Below are positions 51,168 through 61,333 of a stretch of 64,000 nucleotides of DNA, piece by piece. The position numbers and the translations under genes are program-made. This DNA comes from an uncultured Actinomycetota bacterium. Its GTDB lineage: Bacteria > Actinomycetota > Humimicrobiia > Humimicrobiales > Humimicrobiaceae. Under the pieces are notes generated by a model. It was not told where the DNA came from and made no database searches. It saw only the letters and a list, made by a program, of their open reading frames with translations. The stretch covers positions 3,502-67,501 of the forward strand of contig CAZQQX010000002.1 in NCBI GenBank assembly GCA_964595565.1, written 5' to 3'. The stretch's first letter is position 1. Each line of letters begins with the position of its first letter.

Positions 51168-51377
51168 ATGTATAAATGTCTGGAATGTGGTAACACTTTT
51201 AAGTTCATCGGCACAGTAAAAGAAGAAGGCAACGCACTGATATATCAAAATACTGACAGTAAAGATGATAAAGATTCTCTCACATGGGCCTTTTTAGTAT
51301 CGGATAATAGCTGGAAAAGCTCCCATCGTGTATTAAGATGTTTTTACTGCAATTCAACCAGAATAGTAAAATATTAA
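51168..51377 (+). CDS. small zinc-ribbon protein (CxxC...CxxC)
   Basis: 69 aa; MYKCLECGN...RCFYCNS; strong SD GGAGGGGGAG 4 nt upstream. Confidence 0.45.
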   Translation: MYKCLECGNTFKFIGTVKEEGNALIYQNTDSKDDKDSLTWAFLVSDNSWKSSHRVLRCFYCNSTRIVKY

Positions 51378-51416
51378 TATTTTTTCTTACAGAATAATAC
51401 CGGCTCCTGTCATATG

Positions 51417-52160
51417 CTATCTGAATGATGGCAGCCTTTTACTCTTTAACGCTTCCCTGACAAGATGGCTCGCCCTGTACAGCGACTCAAATGTTCCGGC
51501 ATCACTCCACCAGCCATTAAGAATTGAATATGCCATGATGCCTCTTTTGATATATTCATTATTGACATCCGTTATTTCAAGCTCACCTCTATCTGAAGGC
51601 TTAAGATTTTCAATTATTTTAAACACATTGCTGTCATACATATAAAGACCGGTAACAGCATAATTGCTCTTCGGCTTCCCGGGTTTCTCCTCAATATTTA
51701 TTACCCTGCTATCATTAATTTCAGCCACTCCAAATCTTTCCGGGTCATTAACCTGTTTTAAGAATATTTTTGCACCCTCTTTTTGTTTCTCAAATTCCTT
51801 AATCGAATCCGTTATATCATCTTCGATTATATTGTCACCGAGCATTACTATTACTTTATCATTATCAATAAAATTCTCAGCAAGCTTAAGTGCATCGGCT
51901 ATTCCACCTTCTCCTTCCTGGTAAGTATAACTTATATCCTTGAGCCCGAATTCACGCCCGTTACCAAGAAGCCTTAAAAAATCGCCGGCATAGTTTCCAC
52001 CTGTGACAATCATTATATCCTTTACTCCCGCATTCACCATAGTCCTGAGAGGGTAATAAATCATTGGTTTATCATAAACCGGCAATAAATGCTTATTTGT
52101 AACTTTAGTACATGGCATAAGGCGAGTTCCCAGCCCACCTGCCAGTATAACCCCTTTCAT
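51417..52160 (-). CDS. sugar-phosphate nucleotidyltransferase (short RmlA-like glucose-1-phosphate thymidylyl/uridylyltransferase)
   Basis: 247 aa; GVILAGGLGTRLMPCTKVTNKHLLPV N-terminal nucleotidyltransferase signature. Confidence 0.8.
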   Translation of the reverse strand: MKGVILAGGLGTRLMPCTKVTNKHLLPVYDKPMIYYPLRTMVNAGVKDIMIVTGGNYAGDFLRLLGNGREFGLKDISYTYQEGEGGIADALKLAENFIDNDKVIVMLGDNIIEDDITDSIKEFEKQKEGAKIFLKQVNDPERFGVAEINDSRVINIEEKPGKPKSNYAVTGLYMYDSNVFKIIENLKPSDRGELEITDVNNEYIKRGIMAYSILNGWWSDAGTFESLYRASHLVREALKSKRLPSFR

Positions 52161-52181
52161 ATATTAAATATTCACTCTCCT

Positions 52182-53123
52182 TTATATAAACTTATTTATT
52201 ACATAAAAAGTAAGAACAGCCAGTGCAAGACAGATACAGTATATCGCAAAAACATTTAAATTTCTCTTTCCTGCCAGATAAACAATAAATTTTACTGCAA
52301 ATAACCCTGCTATATAAGAAGAAATAAAACCGGCTGCCAGGTTATGGATAATATCCGGGTCACTCTTAAAAATTATATCTGACGAGTTCCATAATTCAAA
52401 TAGAAATGAACCAAAAATAATTGGTACCGAAAGTAAGAACGAAAATCTTACCGCCTCTTCTCTTCTTATCCCAAAAAATCGCGCAAAAGATATCGTGGCC
52501 CCTGACCTTGAAATTCCGGGTAATATAGCTAAAGCCTGGCCTACGCCTGTTATTAAGGCTATTGGAAAATTAAATTTTATCCGCCCGGTACCATTTTCTT
52601 TAATATCAATTTTAGCAACAGGAGAGCCGCCCTCTGTGTCTTCCTTTCCTTTTAAAATATTCTTACCCTTACCTGTATCCTGTTCTCCTGATATTTTTGC
52701 TTCAATCTCTTTTCCCCTAAATTCACCGAGCCATAGAAACAATGCCGTAATAAGTAAAAAACCTGATGCTGCAAGAGGCTTCGAAAACAAATTTTCAACA
52801 TAATCATCAAGTAAAACCCCCGCTATTGCTGCCGGGATACTTGCGACTATTAATAATATACCAATCTTAAAATTATATGAATTTCTTTTATTTCTTATAA
52901 AAATACCCTGAATAACTTCTTTCACTATTTTAAAGATGTCCCTGTAAAAAATTGTTACCACGGAAGCAAGCGTCGCAAAATGAACCACTACTGTAAAATA
53001 TAACGGAACATAATCCCAGCTAAAAAAATAAGGAAAGATAACCAGATGACCCGAACTACTTACGGGCAAAAATTCCGTGGCTCCCTGAATCAGACCTAAA
53101 ATAATTGACTGTATTATATTCAA
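52182..53123 (-). CDS. uppP: undecaprenyl-diphosphatase (BacA/UppP) with an internal hydrophilic insertion
   Basis: 313 aa; PVSSSGHL, GISRSGATI motifs; ~45-aa Gly/Lys-rich insert (EQDTGKGKNILKGKEDTEGGSPV...). Confidence 0.85.
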   Translation of the reverse strand: MNIIQSIILGLIQGATEFLPVSSSGHLVIFPYFFSWDYVPLYFTVVVHFATLASVVTIFYRDIFKIVKEVIQGIFIRNKRNSYNFKIGILLIVASIPAAIAGVLLDDYVENLFSKPLAASGFLLITALFLWLGEFRGKEIEAKISGEQDTGKGKNILKGKEDTEGGSPVAKIDIKENGTGRIKFNFPIALITGVGQALAILPGISRSGATISFARFFGIRREEAVRFSFLLSVPIIFGSFLFELWNSSDIIFKSDPDIIHNLAAGFISSYIAGLFAVKFIVYLAGKRNLNVFAIYCICLALAVLTFYVINKFI

Positions 53124-53208
53124 CTTATATAATGGTTAAAATTATTTTTGATAATTATCAACTAATTTTAAAAATATAGCATAAATTAAATAAAAATAAA
53201 AAAATAAT

Positions 53209-53709
53209 ATGGATTCATCGGGCTTTCTTGAATTTATATCACCAAGAATTGCAACTTTTCTCACAGCAATGACTCCTATTGGCGAGCTGCGGGCATCAAT
53301 TCCCATTGCTCTTTCAAAATACGGAATGAACATCTTTGAAACTTACATAATATCAGTACTGGGAAACATAGTTCCTGCGATTGCCATATTATGGATTTTT
53401 GAACCCGTATCAGCATTTCTTATGAATAGAAGCAGTCTTGCCAGAAGGTTTTTTACCTGGCTTTTTAATCATACCCGCAGGCGTCATTCGAAAAGATTTG
53501 AAAAATATGAAGGTTTTGCTCTGATAGCTTTTGTGGGAATACCGCTCCCCGTAACCGGCTGCTGGACAGGAGCATTGATTGCTTTTGTTTTTGGCATATC
53601 CCCCAAAAAAGCACTTCTTCATATAATAATCGGGATACTTATTGCAGGAATTATAGTAACCATAATCTGCCAGACGGTCGGGTATGTAAAATTTATAATA
53701 GCCGGTTAA
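53209..53709 (+). CDS. small multidrug export protein family (COG2426-like) membrane protein
   Basis: 166 aa, 4 TM helices, pattern resembles the PF06695-like family. Confidence 0.6.
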   Translation: MDSSGFLEFISPRIATFLTAMTPIGELRASIPIALSKYGMNIFETYIISVLGNIVPAIAILWIFEPVSAFLMNRSSLARRFFTWLFNHTRRRHSKRFEKYEGFALIAFVGIPLPVTGCWTGALIAFVFGISPKKALLHIIIGILIAGIIVTIICQTVGYVKFIIAG

Positions 53710-53728
53710 ATAAATTAAAAATTCAGGC

Positions 53729-55126
53729 TTACTTTCCGCTTATAGCAACACTGCTTACCAGAAGTGAGGGACAGCCGACATAACCACCGCCGGGTATAAA
53801 TCTAATGTCGCTTCCTATCTCCTTTATGCTTTTACAAAAATTTAAGATATCGGTAGCTATAGTTACTTCTTTAACCGGATATGCAGGCCTGCCATTTTCT
53901 ATCCACAACCCTTTAGCCCCTACACTGATCTGGCCGGAAACAGGATTTACTCCTGAATGCAACCCTATTATATCAATTACGTAAAATCCATTTCCCATAT
54001 GCTTTAGAAGTTTATCAAAACTGATGCTGGACGGCTCCATATAAAAGTTGGAAATACCTACCTCCGGCGTGGAGCGGTATGAAGCTCTCGCCGCATTACC
54101 TGTTGATAAAGTTTTATCTTTCCTTGCAGTAAATGTATTGTAAAGATAAGTTTTAAGATATCCCTTTTCAAATACACCGGTTCTCCCCTTCATAACACCC
54201 TCACCATCAAACGGCATGGAGGAAAGCCCATCGGGTAATGTTCCGTCGTCAAATATATTCAGGTCAATAGAAAATATCTTTTCCCTTATCTTTCCTTCAA
54301 ATACTGACTTCTTTTTCTGTACCGAATCTGCTTTAACACTATCAGCTACTACACCCAGAAACTGCGCAGAAACAGCCGGGTCCATGAGAATATCTACTAT
54401 ATTTGATTTAATTTTTTTCCCTCCCAGGATTGCAACAGACCTCTCTGCCGCTCTTTCTGCAACTTCGTTAATATTAATATCAGAAGGTGAGCGGCCGCAT
54501 CCAAAAAAATCACCCGTAGAAGTGTCTTTGCCTTCCTTTGAAATTGCATTTATATAAACCATGCAACTTGTTGTCCTGTATTTATCACAAAAACCAGCCG
54601 AGTTCAGTATGGCCATTTCATAAATGCTGTCTTCATATATAACATTTTCTATATCTGTAATCCTTTTATCTTTACTTCTGGTAAGGCTCTCCAGTTCCTG
54701 CGTAAGAGCAACCTTATCTTCCATACTATAATCAACCAAATTCTCACTAAATAATAACTCATCGCTTATAAGCTTTTTTTTAATATTAAACTCTTCTTCC
54801 ACGGGCAGATAATTATATTTTTGCCTTCCGGTAACTTTGCTATTAGAAACAGCCCTTCTGATACACTCCTCTATACTGTCATCCTCAAGAACAGTAGTAT
54901 ACGCATACCCGATTGATTTATCCCTAAAAACCCTTATTCCAATTCCGATTGAATCTGAAAATGTTAATGTTTCTACTTTCTGTTTGAAAATTCCCAATTC
55001 ATTTTCAACAGAGCTTGCAGTAAAAATCTCAAACTCGTCCACATCATACTTCTTTATCCTGGCAGCAGCATTTTTACTGATATTAAGAAGTCTGTTCCCC
55101 CGTATTTTATATCTATTATTATCCAT
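53729..55126 (-). CDS. pmbA: TldD/PmbA-family metalloprotease partner subunit (PmbA/TldE-like, lacks HExxxH)
   Basis: 465 aa; PmbA_TldD fold with a C-terminal Gly-rich region; overlaps tldD by 8 nt. Confidence 0.8.
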   Translation of the reverse strand: MDNNRYKIRGNRLLNISKNAAARIKKYDVDEFEIFTASSVENELGIFKQKVETLTFSDSIGIGIRVFRDKSIGYAYTTVLEDDSIEECIRRAVSNSKVTGRQKYNYLPVEEEFNIKKKLISDELLFSENLVDYSMEDKVALTQELESLTRSKDKRITDIENVIYEDSIYEMAILNSAGFCDKYRTTSCMVYINAISKEGKDTSTGDFFGCGRSPSDININEVAERAAERSVAILGGKKIKSNIVDILMDPAVSAQFLGVVADSVKADSVQKKKSVFEGKIREKIFSIDLNIFDDGTLPDGLSSMPFDGEGVMKGRTGVFEKGYLKTYLYNTFTARKDKTLSTGNAARASYRSTPEVGISNFYMEPSSISFDKLLKHMGNGFYVIDIIGLHSGVNPVSGQISVGAKGLWIENGRPAYPVKEVTIATDILNFCKSIKEIGSDIRFIPGGGYVGCPSLLVSSVAISGK

Positions 55127-56513
55127 TTCCGCTCTTTGTTCCCCCCACAGTAATTTTACTTACCTTTATAGTTGGCTGGCCTACTTCATTTGAAACTGTC
55201 TGACCATTTTTTCCACAAAACCCCGGTGCGTAATCCAGATTGTTTCCTACCGCCTCTATTTTATTTAAGATATCCGGTCCATTTCCAATTAAAATCGCAT
55301 CTTTTATCGGAAAACTTATTTTACCATTTTCTATCAGGTACCCCTCACTTATTCCAAATACAAAATCTCCCGTTGCTGGATCAACCTGCCCTCCGGCAAA
55401 TTCTTTTGCATAGATACCTTTACTTACAGACCTTAAGATTGATTCGGGTTTTTCATTTCCGTTATCTATATAAGTATTGGTCATTCTCGGGATGGGTATA
55501 TTTCTAAACGATTGCCTTCTACCATTTCCGGTTTGCTCCACTCCCATCTTTTTAGAAGTCTTCAGGTCGCAAATATAATTTTGTAGAATCCCTTCTTTTA
55601 TCAGTACCGTTTTATGTGAAGGAAACCCTTCCCCATCAAATTTATATGAGCCCCACCTGTATTTAATGGTGGAATCATCAACAGCAGTTACTAATTTACT
55701 TGCAATTTTTTTTCCTATTTTGCCTTTAAACACCGAAGCATCCTTTAAAATTGCATCTGCTTCCAGCCCATGGCCGCATGCTTCATGAAAAATTACGCCC
55801 CCAAAAGCAGGGCCTATTACCAGAGGAAGTTCCCCCGTCGGAGCACTAACGGCATCTAGCATTGTAACAGCGATTTTGGAAGCTTCTTCAGCCAGATTAA
55901 CCGGATCTTTTTCCTCAAATACTTCATAGCCTTTTGTCCGGGCCAGTGATTTATAGCCTGTTCTTGCATTATTTCCTCTCCTGGCCACTACATTTACAGC
56001 CAGAAATGTTTTTACCACTTTCTCGTAAGAAAAAGCTCCATACGAATTTGCTATAAATATTTCTTCTTCCAGGTCAGAAAGAAGAGATGTAACCTGTATT
56101 ACTGCCGAATTAAAATCTCTTGAACTCCTATCAACAAGCTTTAGAATATTTTTTTTTCCGCCGGTATTAATTTGGGAAGGAAGTTTTTTTATTTTTATAT
56201 CATAAGAGCTGCTGGTCCCGGTGAGGTCTAAAACTTTTATTGAGCTGCTTCCATTAACTACAGAGCTCAATACCTTCGCTGCATTAACCAGCTTATCGTT
56301 CTTTATTGAATCTACATAAGCGTAGAAGGTACTTTCTCCAGCCCATAATCTCAGTCCACACCCCAGCTCATACCCGCTGGTAGAATTTTCAATTTTACTG
56401 TCTTCTAACCTTAAATTGTTTACAGCTCTCTTTTGAATAAAAATTTCTGAAAAATCGGCACCATTCTTAAGCAATATATTTAAAACTTTCCTGGCAGTCT
56501 TCTCATCAATCAA
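55119..56513 (-). CDS. tldD: metalloprotease TldD
   Basis: 464 aa; HEACGHGLEAD zinc motif. Confidence 0.85.
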   Translation of the reverse strand: MIDEKTARKVLNILLKNGADFSEIFIQKRAVNNLRLEDSKIENSTSGYELGCGLRLWAGESTFYAYVDSIKNDKLVNAAKVLSSVVNGSSSIKVLDLTGTSSSYDIKIKKLPSQINTGGKKNILKLVDRSSRDFNSAVIQVTSLLSDLEEEIFIANSYGAFSYEKVVKTFLAVNVVARRGNNARTGYKSLARTKGYEVFEEKDPVNLAEEASKIAVTMLDAVSAPTGELPLVIGPAFGGVIFHEACGHGLEADAILKDASVFKGKIGKKIASKLVTAVDDSTIKYRWGSYKFDGEGFPSHKTVLIKEGILQNYICDLKTSKKMGVEQTGNGRRQSFRNIPIPRMTNTYIDNGNEKPESILRSVSKGIYAKEFAGGQVDPATGDFVFGISEGYLIENGKISFPIKDAILIGNGPDILNKIEAVGNNLDYAPGFCGKNGQTVSNEVGQPTIKVSKITVGGTKSGNG

Positions 56514-56532
56514 TATAAACCATTTTTCCTAT

Positions 56533-56973
56533 CTAGGACAAATCCTCTTCTACTTTTTTTGCTTTAGCCTTCCCTTTTTTGATTACTTTTTTTACTTTAT
56601 CACCGGCTTCTTTAACTCCGGAACCTGTAGCTCTGGATATATCAGTTATTTTTCCCCTGCTCTTCTCTATAAAGTCTTCACTCCTGCTTTTTAATTCAGC
56701 AAGTTTAACTTTACTCCTGTCCATATACTCTTTTGTTTTATCTGTAACTTTACCCAGTTCTTCTTTACCTTTACTTATTACTTCCTCGCTTTTTTCTTTT
56801 ATTTCCTTCCTGGTCTCTTTTCCTGATTTAGGAGCAAATAAAATACCCAGTATAAAACCTGCAGAAAGTCCCACTACAAGTGATGTCAATATCCCGGTAA
56901 AATAATTTTTTCCTGTTTCCTCATTTTTTTCTTCATTCATCATTTTCCTCCTTGTTTTTAGACTCGTCATCAT
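56533..56973 (-). CDS. YtxH-family membrane stress protein
   Basis: 146 aa; TM helix then GILFAPKSGKETRKEIKEK... repeat-rich basic helices. Confidence 0.7.
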   Translation of the reverse strand: MMTSLKTRRKMMNEEKNEETGKNYFTGILTSLVVGLSAGFILGILFAPKSGKETRKEIKEKSEEVISKGKEELGKVTDKTKEYMDRSKVKLAELKSRSEDFIEKSRGKITDISRATGSGVKEAGDKVKKVIKKGKAKAKKVEEDLS

Positions 56974-57316
56974 TCTTTTCTATTAAACTGCTTATAATTC
57001 CCGCTGAAGTACTGATTATCTTAATTACAGGACTGGTTATCAGGAATCTCCCCAGCCGTATAATTTTTTCAAGCTGTTCCACTATCGAGCCTATGCTCTG
57101 GGTCAGGTCAGTAATCGAACTGACTTCAGTGTTTAAATTAGTGACAGTATCATTAAGTTTCTCTGCCACTGGAATAATATTATCGTTTAATTTCCCGGCC
57201 ATAAATTTTATTTTATTTATCAGCTTAAATAAAGGTATGGCAATGATTATGCCGATTAATGCAAAAACTGAAATCAAAATTATCGCAACCAGGCCTACTA
57301 TTTCTAATGATGTCAT
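56933..57316 (-). CDS. DUF948-family membrane protein
   Basis: 127 aa; N-terminal TM plus coiled-coil, upstream of the YtxH-like gene as in ytxG-ytxH pairs. Confidence 0.6.
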   Translation of the reverse strand: MTSLEIVGLVAIILISVFALIGIIIAIPLFKLINKIKFMAGKLNDNIIPVAEKLNDTVTNLNTEVSSITDLTQSIGSIVEQLEKIIRLGRFLITSPVIKIISTSAGIISSLIEKNDDESKNKEENDE

Positions 57317-57453
57317 ATCGTCCTCTTCTGCTAATTATAAAAATAATCAATAATCATTATATATATTTTGTTTCTTTTATTCAAAAAATAAAAGATTTAA
57401 ATTATAATTATTTATCAAATTACTGAAAGGTATCTAAAAAAATTAATAAAAAA

Positions 57454-58044
57454 GTGAGGAAAAAGAACATGAAACATAAAATTTCCAGAATTAAACTATT
57501 TGCTGTAAGCATAACATCAATTTTTCTAACTTTTATTTTTATCTCCTGTACGCCGGCGCCAGCAGAAAAAATAGATGTGGACTCAGATATCACAGAAGAA
57601 ACAGGCATTTCCGAAGAAGAGGTCGCAGAATTGGAGGAATTTGTTGAACCTGTGGATTACGAAAACGCTCAGATCGGTGCTGAAATAAACGGTTACATAC
57701 CCTCATTTTTATGCACAGATACTGATAACTATATAAAAATTGAAATTACCAATACCTCTGATTTTGCCTGGAGAAAAAGCGGCCAGAACATGGTAAGAAT
57801 TGGCTATCACTATTATGGCCAGGATGTTGATTATTCAGATTATGACCGGACAACAAGAACCGTTCTTACTGATAATCTAGAGCCCGGCGAGAGTGCCACA
57901 GTAGAGATATTAATAAATGACATAACTAATAAAGGAACCTATGTGATACAGATTGACCCCGTGGTGGAAGGTGAGTTCTGGTTTTCTTCAAAAGATGTAC
58001 CCATGCTTCAGGGCAAAGTTTATTTTGGTTCCTGTATGGATTAA
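57454..58044 (+). CDS. hypothetical lipoprotein
   Basis: 196 aa; signal peptide with lipobox FISC; AGGAAAAAG SD. Confidence 0.55.
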   Translation: MRKKNMKHKISRIKLFAVSITSIFLTFIFISCTPAPAEKIDVDSDITEETGISEEEVAELEEFVEPVDYENAQIGAEINGYIPSFLCTDTDNYIKIEITNTSDFAWRKSGQNMVRIGYHYYGQDVDYSDYDRTTRTVLTDNLEPGESATVEILINDITNKGTYVIQIDPVVEGEFWFSSKDVPMLQGKVYFGSCMD

Positions 58045-58113
58045 TTTTATATTATTATAAAATAAATAATGTAGAACAATAGTTCATTTTAACCAGATTG
58101 AAAAGAGTCAACT

Positions 58114-59004
58114 CTATATTTTAAACTTTTCACCTGTTATTTTCTCGTAAGCATCAATATATTTTTTGGATGTCTTTTTTATAACCTCCGGTGGCAGTTC
58201 AGGTGGAGTTGACTTTCTGTCCCATTCGGTACTTAAAAGATAGTCTCTTACATACTGTTTATCAAAACTTTTTTGTTCCCTGCCTGTTTTATATTCTTCC
58301 AGCGGCCAGAACCTTGATGAATCAGGTGTTAAAACTTCATCAGCAAGTATTACTCCCTCATCAATTGTTCCAAATTCAAACTTCGTATCCGCAATTATTA
58401 TACCCTGTCTCATAGCATACTCAGAAGCTTTCAAATAAAGCTCGATACTTTTTTCTCTCAGGAAATTTACCACTTCAGCACCAAATATTTTCTTTGCCTT
58501 ATTTATAGTCAGAGCCATATCATGTCCCGATATTTCCTTGGTAGTCGGGGTAAATATAACTTCAGGAAGGCGCTCGCATTTGGATAAATTTTGCGGAAGC
58601 TTTAGGTCCCCTATCATCCCGCTTTTTTTATATTCCTCCCAGCCTGAGCCTGTTATGTACCCCCGAACCACACATTCAATAGGATAAATTTTGACCCTTT
58701 TCACTATGACAGACCGGTTACTTAAAATATCTTTATGTTTCTTTAAAAATTTAGGGAACTTTCTAACATCTGCCTCAATTAAATGATTCCCTATAATATC
58801 TTTAAGATAATTAAACCAGAAAACCGATATCCTGTTTAAGACTGTGCCTTTAAATGGGATTAAAGAAGGCAGGATAAAGTCAAAGGCAGAAATTCTATCC
58901 GTAGTTACTATTAAAATCCTGTCATCAAATGAAAACATTTCCCTGACCTTGCCACTTCTTAATTTTTCTAGCCCTTCAATTTCCACATCTCCAATTACTT
59001 TCAT
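58114..59004 (-). CDS. purC: phosphoribosylaminoimidazole-succinocarboxamide synthase (long form)
   Basis: 296 aa; SAICAR synthetase N-terminus GKVREMF...RISAFD. Confidence 0.85.
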   Translation of the reverse strand: MKVIGDVEIEGLEKLRSGKVREMFSFDDRILIVTTDRISAFDFILPSLIPFKGTVLNRISVFWFNYLKDIIGNHLIEADVRKFPKFLKKHKDILSNRSVIVKRVKIYPIECVVRGYITGSGWEEYKKSGMIGDLKLPQNLSKCERLPEVIFTPTTKEISGHDMALTINKAKKIFGAEVVNFLREKSIELYLKASEYAMRQGIIIADTKFEFGTIDEGVILADEVLTPDSSRFWPLEEYKTGREQKSFDKQYVRDYLLSTEWDRKSTPPELPPEVIKKTSKKYIDAYEKITGEKFKI

Positions 59005-59076
59005 AAATCTTCTCCTCTTATACTATTCTCCTGAATATCTAAACAGGAATAAAAATTTATATACTCTGGTAAATCT

Positions 59077-59886
59077 TCAATTTATTGCTGCACCCTTTAA
59101 TGCATGCGAGCAAATACAATTCCTTCTGTCAGGGATTTTTGATATAGCCTTAGAAATAAGGTCTTTTACTTTTTTATTATTTTCTTTAAAAACTCTCACT
59201 ACCTCGCCGATTGTCACCGGTTCTATTTCAGGATGACCTTCCAGTCCAGTGTCGTAATCAGTTATAAGAGATATATTTACATAACATATTTCCTGCTCCC
59301 TGGCAAGATACATTTCTGGATACTGGGTCATATTTATAACCTCCCAGCCCTGTGCCGAATACCACTTACTCTCGGCTCTGGTACTGAATCTCGGACCCTG
59401 AATAATAACCACTGTACCCCGGGGATGGCATTCAATCTGCAGTTCATTTGCACTTTCTATAACAATCTTTCTTAACTCCGGACAGTATGGTTCTGCCATC
59501 GCCATATGAATTGTTTTTGGACCATCATAAAAAGTGTCAATTCTTCCTTTTGTTCTATCCACAAACTGGTCACATACTACAAAATGGCCCGGCTTTACAT
59601 GTGGTTGCAGACTCCCCGCAACGCATGGTCCGAAGATACGTTTTACGCCTAATTTTTTCATAACATAAATATTTGCCCGGTAATTAATTTTATGGGGAGG
59701 TATGGTATGATTCCTGCCGTGACGGGGCATAAATGCCACTCTTTTACCTTCAATGGTTCCTATGACTACTTTATCCGACGGTGGGCCATAAGGAGTATCT
59801 ACTTCATACTCTTCCGCTTTTTTAAAAAAAGAGTAAAACCCCGAACCTCCAAATATACCTATGTCAGCTTTCTTGATTCCAATCAT
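59077..59886 (-). CDS. mtnP: S-methyl-5'-thioadenosine / purine nucleoside phosphorylase (PNP family 2)
   Basis: IGIFGGSGF...GTIEGKRVAFMPRHGRNHTIPPHKINYRANI; likely start at MIGIKK (59886) rather than the track's upstream ATG. Confidence 0.85.
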   Translation of the reverse strand: MIGIKKADIGIFGGSGFYSFFKKAEEYEVDTPYGPPSDKVVIGTIEGKRVAFMPRHGRNHTIPPHKINYRANIYVMKKLGVKRIFGPCVAGSLQPHVKPGHFVVCDQFVDRTKGRIDTFYDGPKTIHMAMAEPYCPELRKIVIESANELQIECHPRGTVVIIQGPRFSTRAESKWYSAQGWEVINMTQYPEMYLAREQEICYVNISLITDYDTGLEGHPEIEPVTIGEVVRVFKENNKKVKDLISKAISKIPDRRNCICSHALKGAAIN

Positions 59887-59935
59887 TTTTTTTCCTTTCA
59901 TACTCCTAAACATATCATTTGTTTTTAGAAAAAAT

Positions 59936-60934
59936 TTAAATTAAAAAACCTTTTTTACTTAACAATTCAATTACAGGTATTTCAAGGCGTGCGCCAAACT
60001 GGCCCAATATTTCAGATGCAATTATACTGCCCATCTCCCCGCAGGTTTCAGGGTCCCTTCCTCTTGTAAGACCATGGAGAAACCCGGCCGCATAAATATC
60101 ACCGGCTCCTGTGGTATCAATAACAGCGGTGTTAATGCGAGCAGGTATTTTTCTCACTTCTCCATCAGATATCACTACAGAGCCTTTTTCTGACCTGGTA
60201 ATTACACTTATATTTTTTATTTTTATACACTCATGGATCGCAGTTTCCAGACTTTTTACTTTAAATAATGATTTTATTTCTCCTTCATTTGCAAAAAGTA
60301 TATCTATATAATTTTTAATAAGATTTAAAAATTCATTTCTGTGACGCTCCACACAATAAGAGTCCGAAAGACTGAGGGCAACTTTACCACCTGTTTTTAT
60401 GGCTATTCCTATTGCTTTTCTAAATGCTTTCCCGGCTTCCCTGCTGTCGCACAGATAACCTTCAAGATAAATAATCTCCGACTGCGAAATACTGGCTTCA
60501 TCAATATCTCCGGGACCCAGCAGGCCCGATATACCCAGATAGGTGTTCATGGTTCTCTGGGCATCAGGAGTGGTCAGGACAATGCAACACGCTGTGGGCA
60601 GCCCGCCACCGGAATTTAAAGTACAATAATTAACCCCCAGACATTTTAAATCCTTTTTAAATGATTCTCCGAGAGCATCATTTCCTACTTTTCCTATAAA
60701 TGCCACCGGGTCACCCAGTAAGGACAGGGCTGCAATAGTATTGGCTACCGAGCCCCCGGATACTTCTTTTACTGTATTAACAGCTGAATAGAGCTTTTTT
60801 ATTTCATATTTATCAACAATTCTCATAGAACCTTTCTGGAGATTAAGCCCTTTAAGAAAATCTTCTTCCACGTTAACCATAATATCAACTATAGCATTGC
60901 CAATCCCCAGTACTTTATATTTTTTTTCCTGCAT
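59936..60934 (-). CDS. PfkB-family nucleoside/sugar kinase (adenosine-kinase-like)
   Basis: 332 aa; GGSVANT and DTTGAGDIYAAGF ribokinase-family motifs; adjacent to mtnP. Confidence 0.8.
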   Translation of the reverse strand: MQEKKYKVLGIGNAIVDIMVNVEEDFLKGLNLQKGSMRIVDKYEIKKLYSAVNTVKEVSGGSVANTIAALSLLGDPVAFIGKVGNDALGESFKKDLKCLGVNYCTLNSGGGLPTACCIVLTTPDAQRTMNTYLGISGLLGPGDIDEASISQSEIIYLEGYLCDSREAGKAFRKAIGIAIKTGGKVALSLSDSYCVERHRNEFLNLIKNYIDILFANEGEIKSLFKVKSLETAIHECIKIKNISVITRSEKGSVVISDGEVRKIPARINTAVIDTTGAGDIYAAGFLHGLTRGRDPETCGEMGSIIASEILGQFGARLEIPVIELLSKKGFLI

Positions 60935-61333
60935 TAGATATTATATCCTTCTACCTGTAGTATTTTTTTAAGATAAATAAATTTATCTTAAAAGCTAACA
61001 CCCATAACATTTAATAGAATATTAAAAATTATGTCAATTACTATTAATTTAAAAACAGTAACTTTATAAAATATTCCCTTTTAACTATAATTTTTGTAAT
61101 TATTTAACAAATAATCGGTTAGAAAGGAAGCAATGTCTGGTAGTTCTACCGTCAAAACCAGAACCAGAATTGATATATATCAATAACCATATTTCCCGGT
61201 AAAATCTACACCTGCAACTCTATTTTTATTGAATACTCATACCCATCAGTAAAATTGATTTATAATAAAAATAATAATAATATACCTGTGTAGAGTAATA
61301 TTTACCTGATTATTTATTATTTAATACTATATT

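Noticed and set aside
53142-53333. 63-aa minus-strand ORF overlapping the start of the small multidrug-export-family gene
   Set aside because: It is antisense to and overlapping a better-supported membrane protein gene. No RBS is present. It is spurious.
58045-58113. Possible bidirectional terminator (AGAGT-CA-ACTCT) between the lipoprotein gene and purC
   Set aside because: The stem is only 5 bp with a 2-nt loop and a poor U-tract. This is not convincing as an intrinsic terminator.
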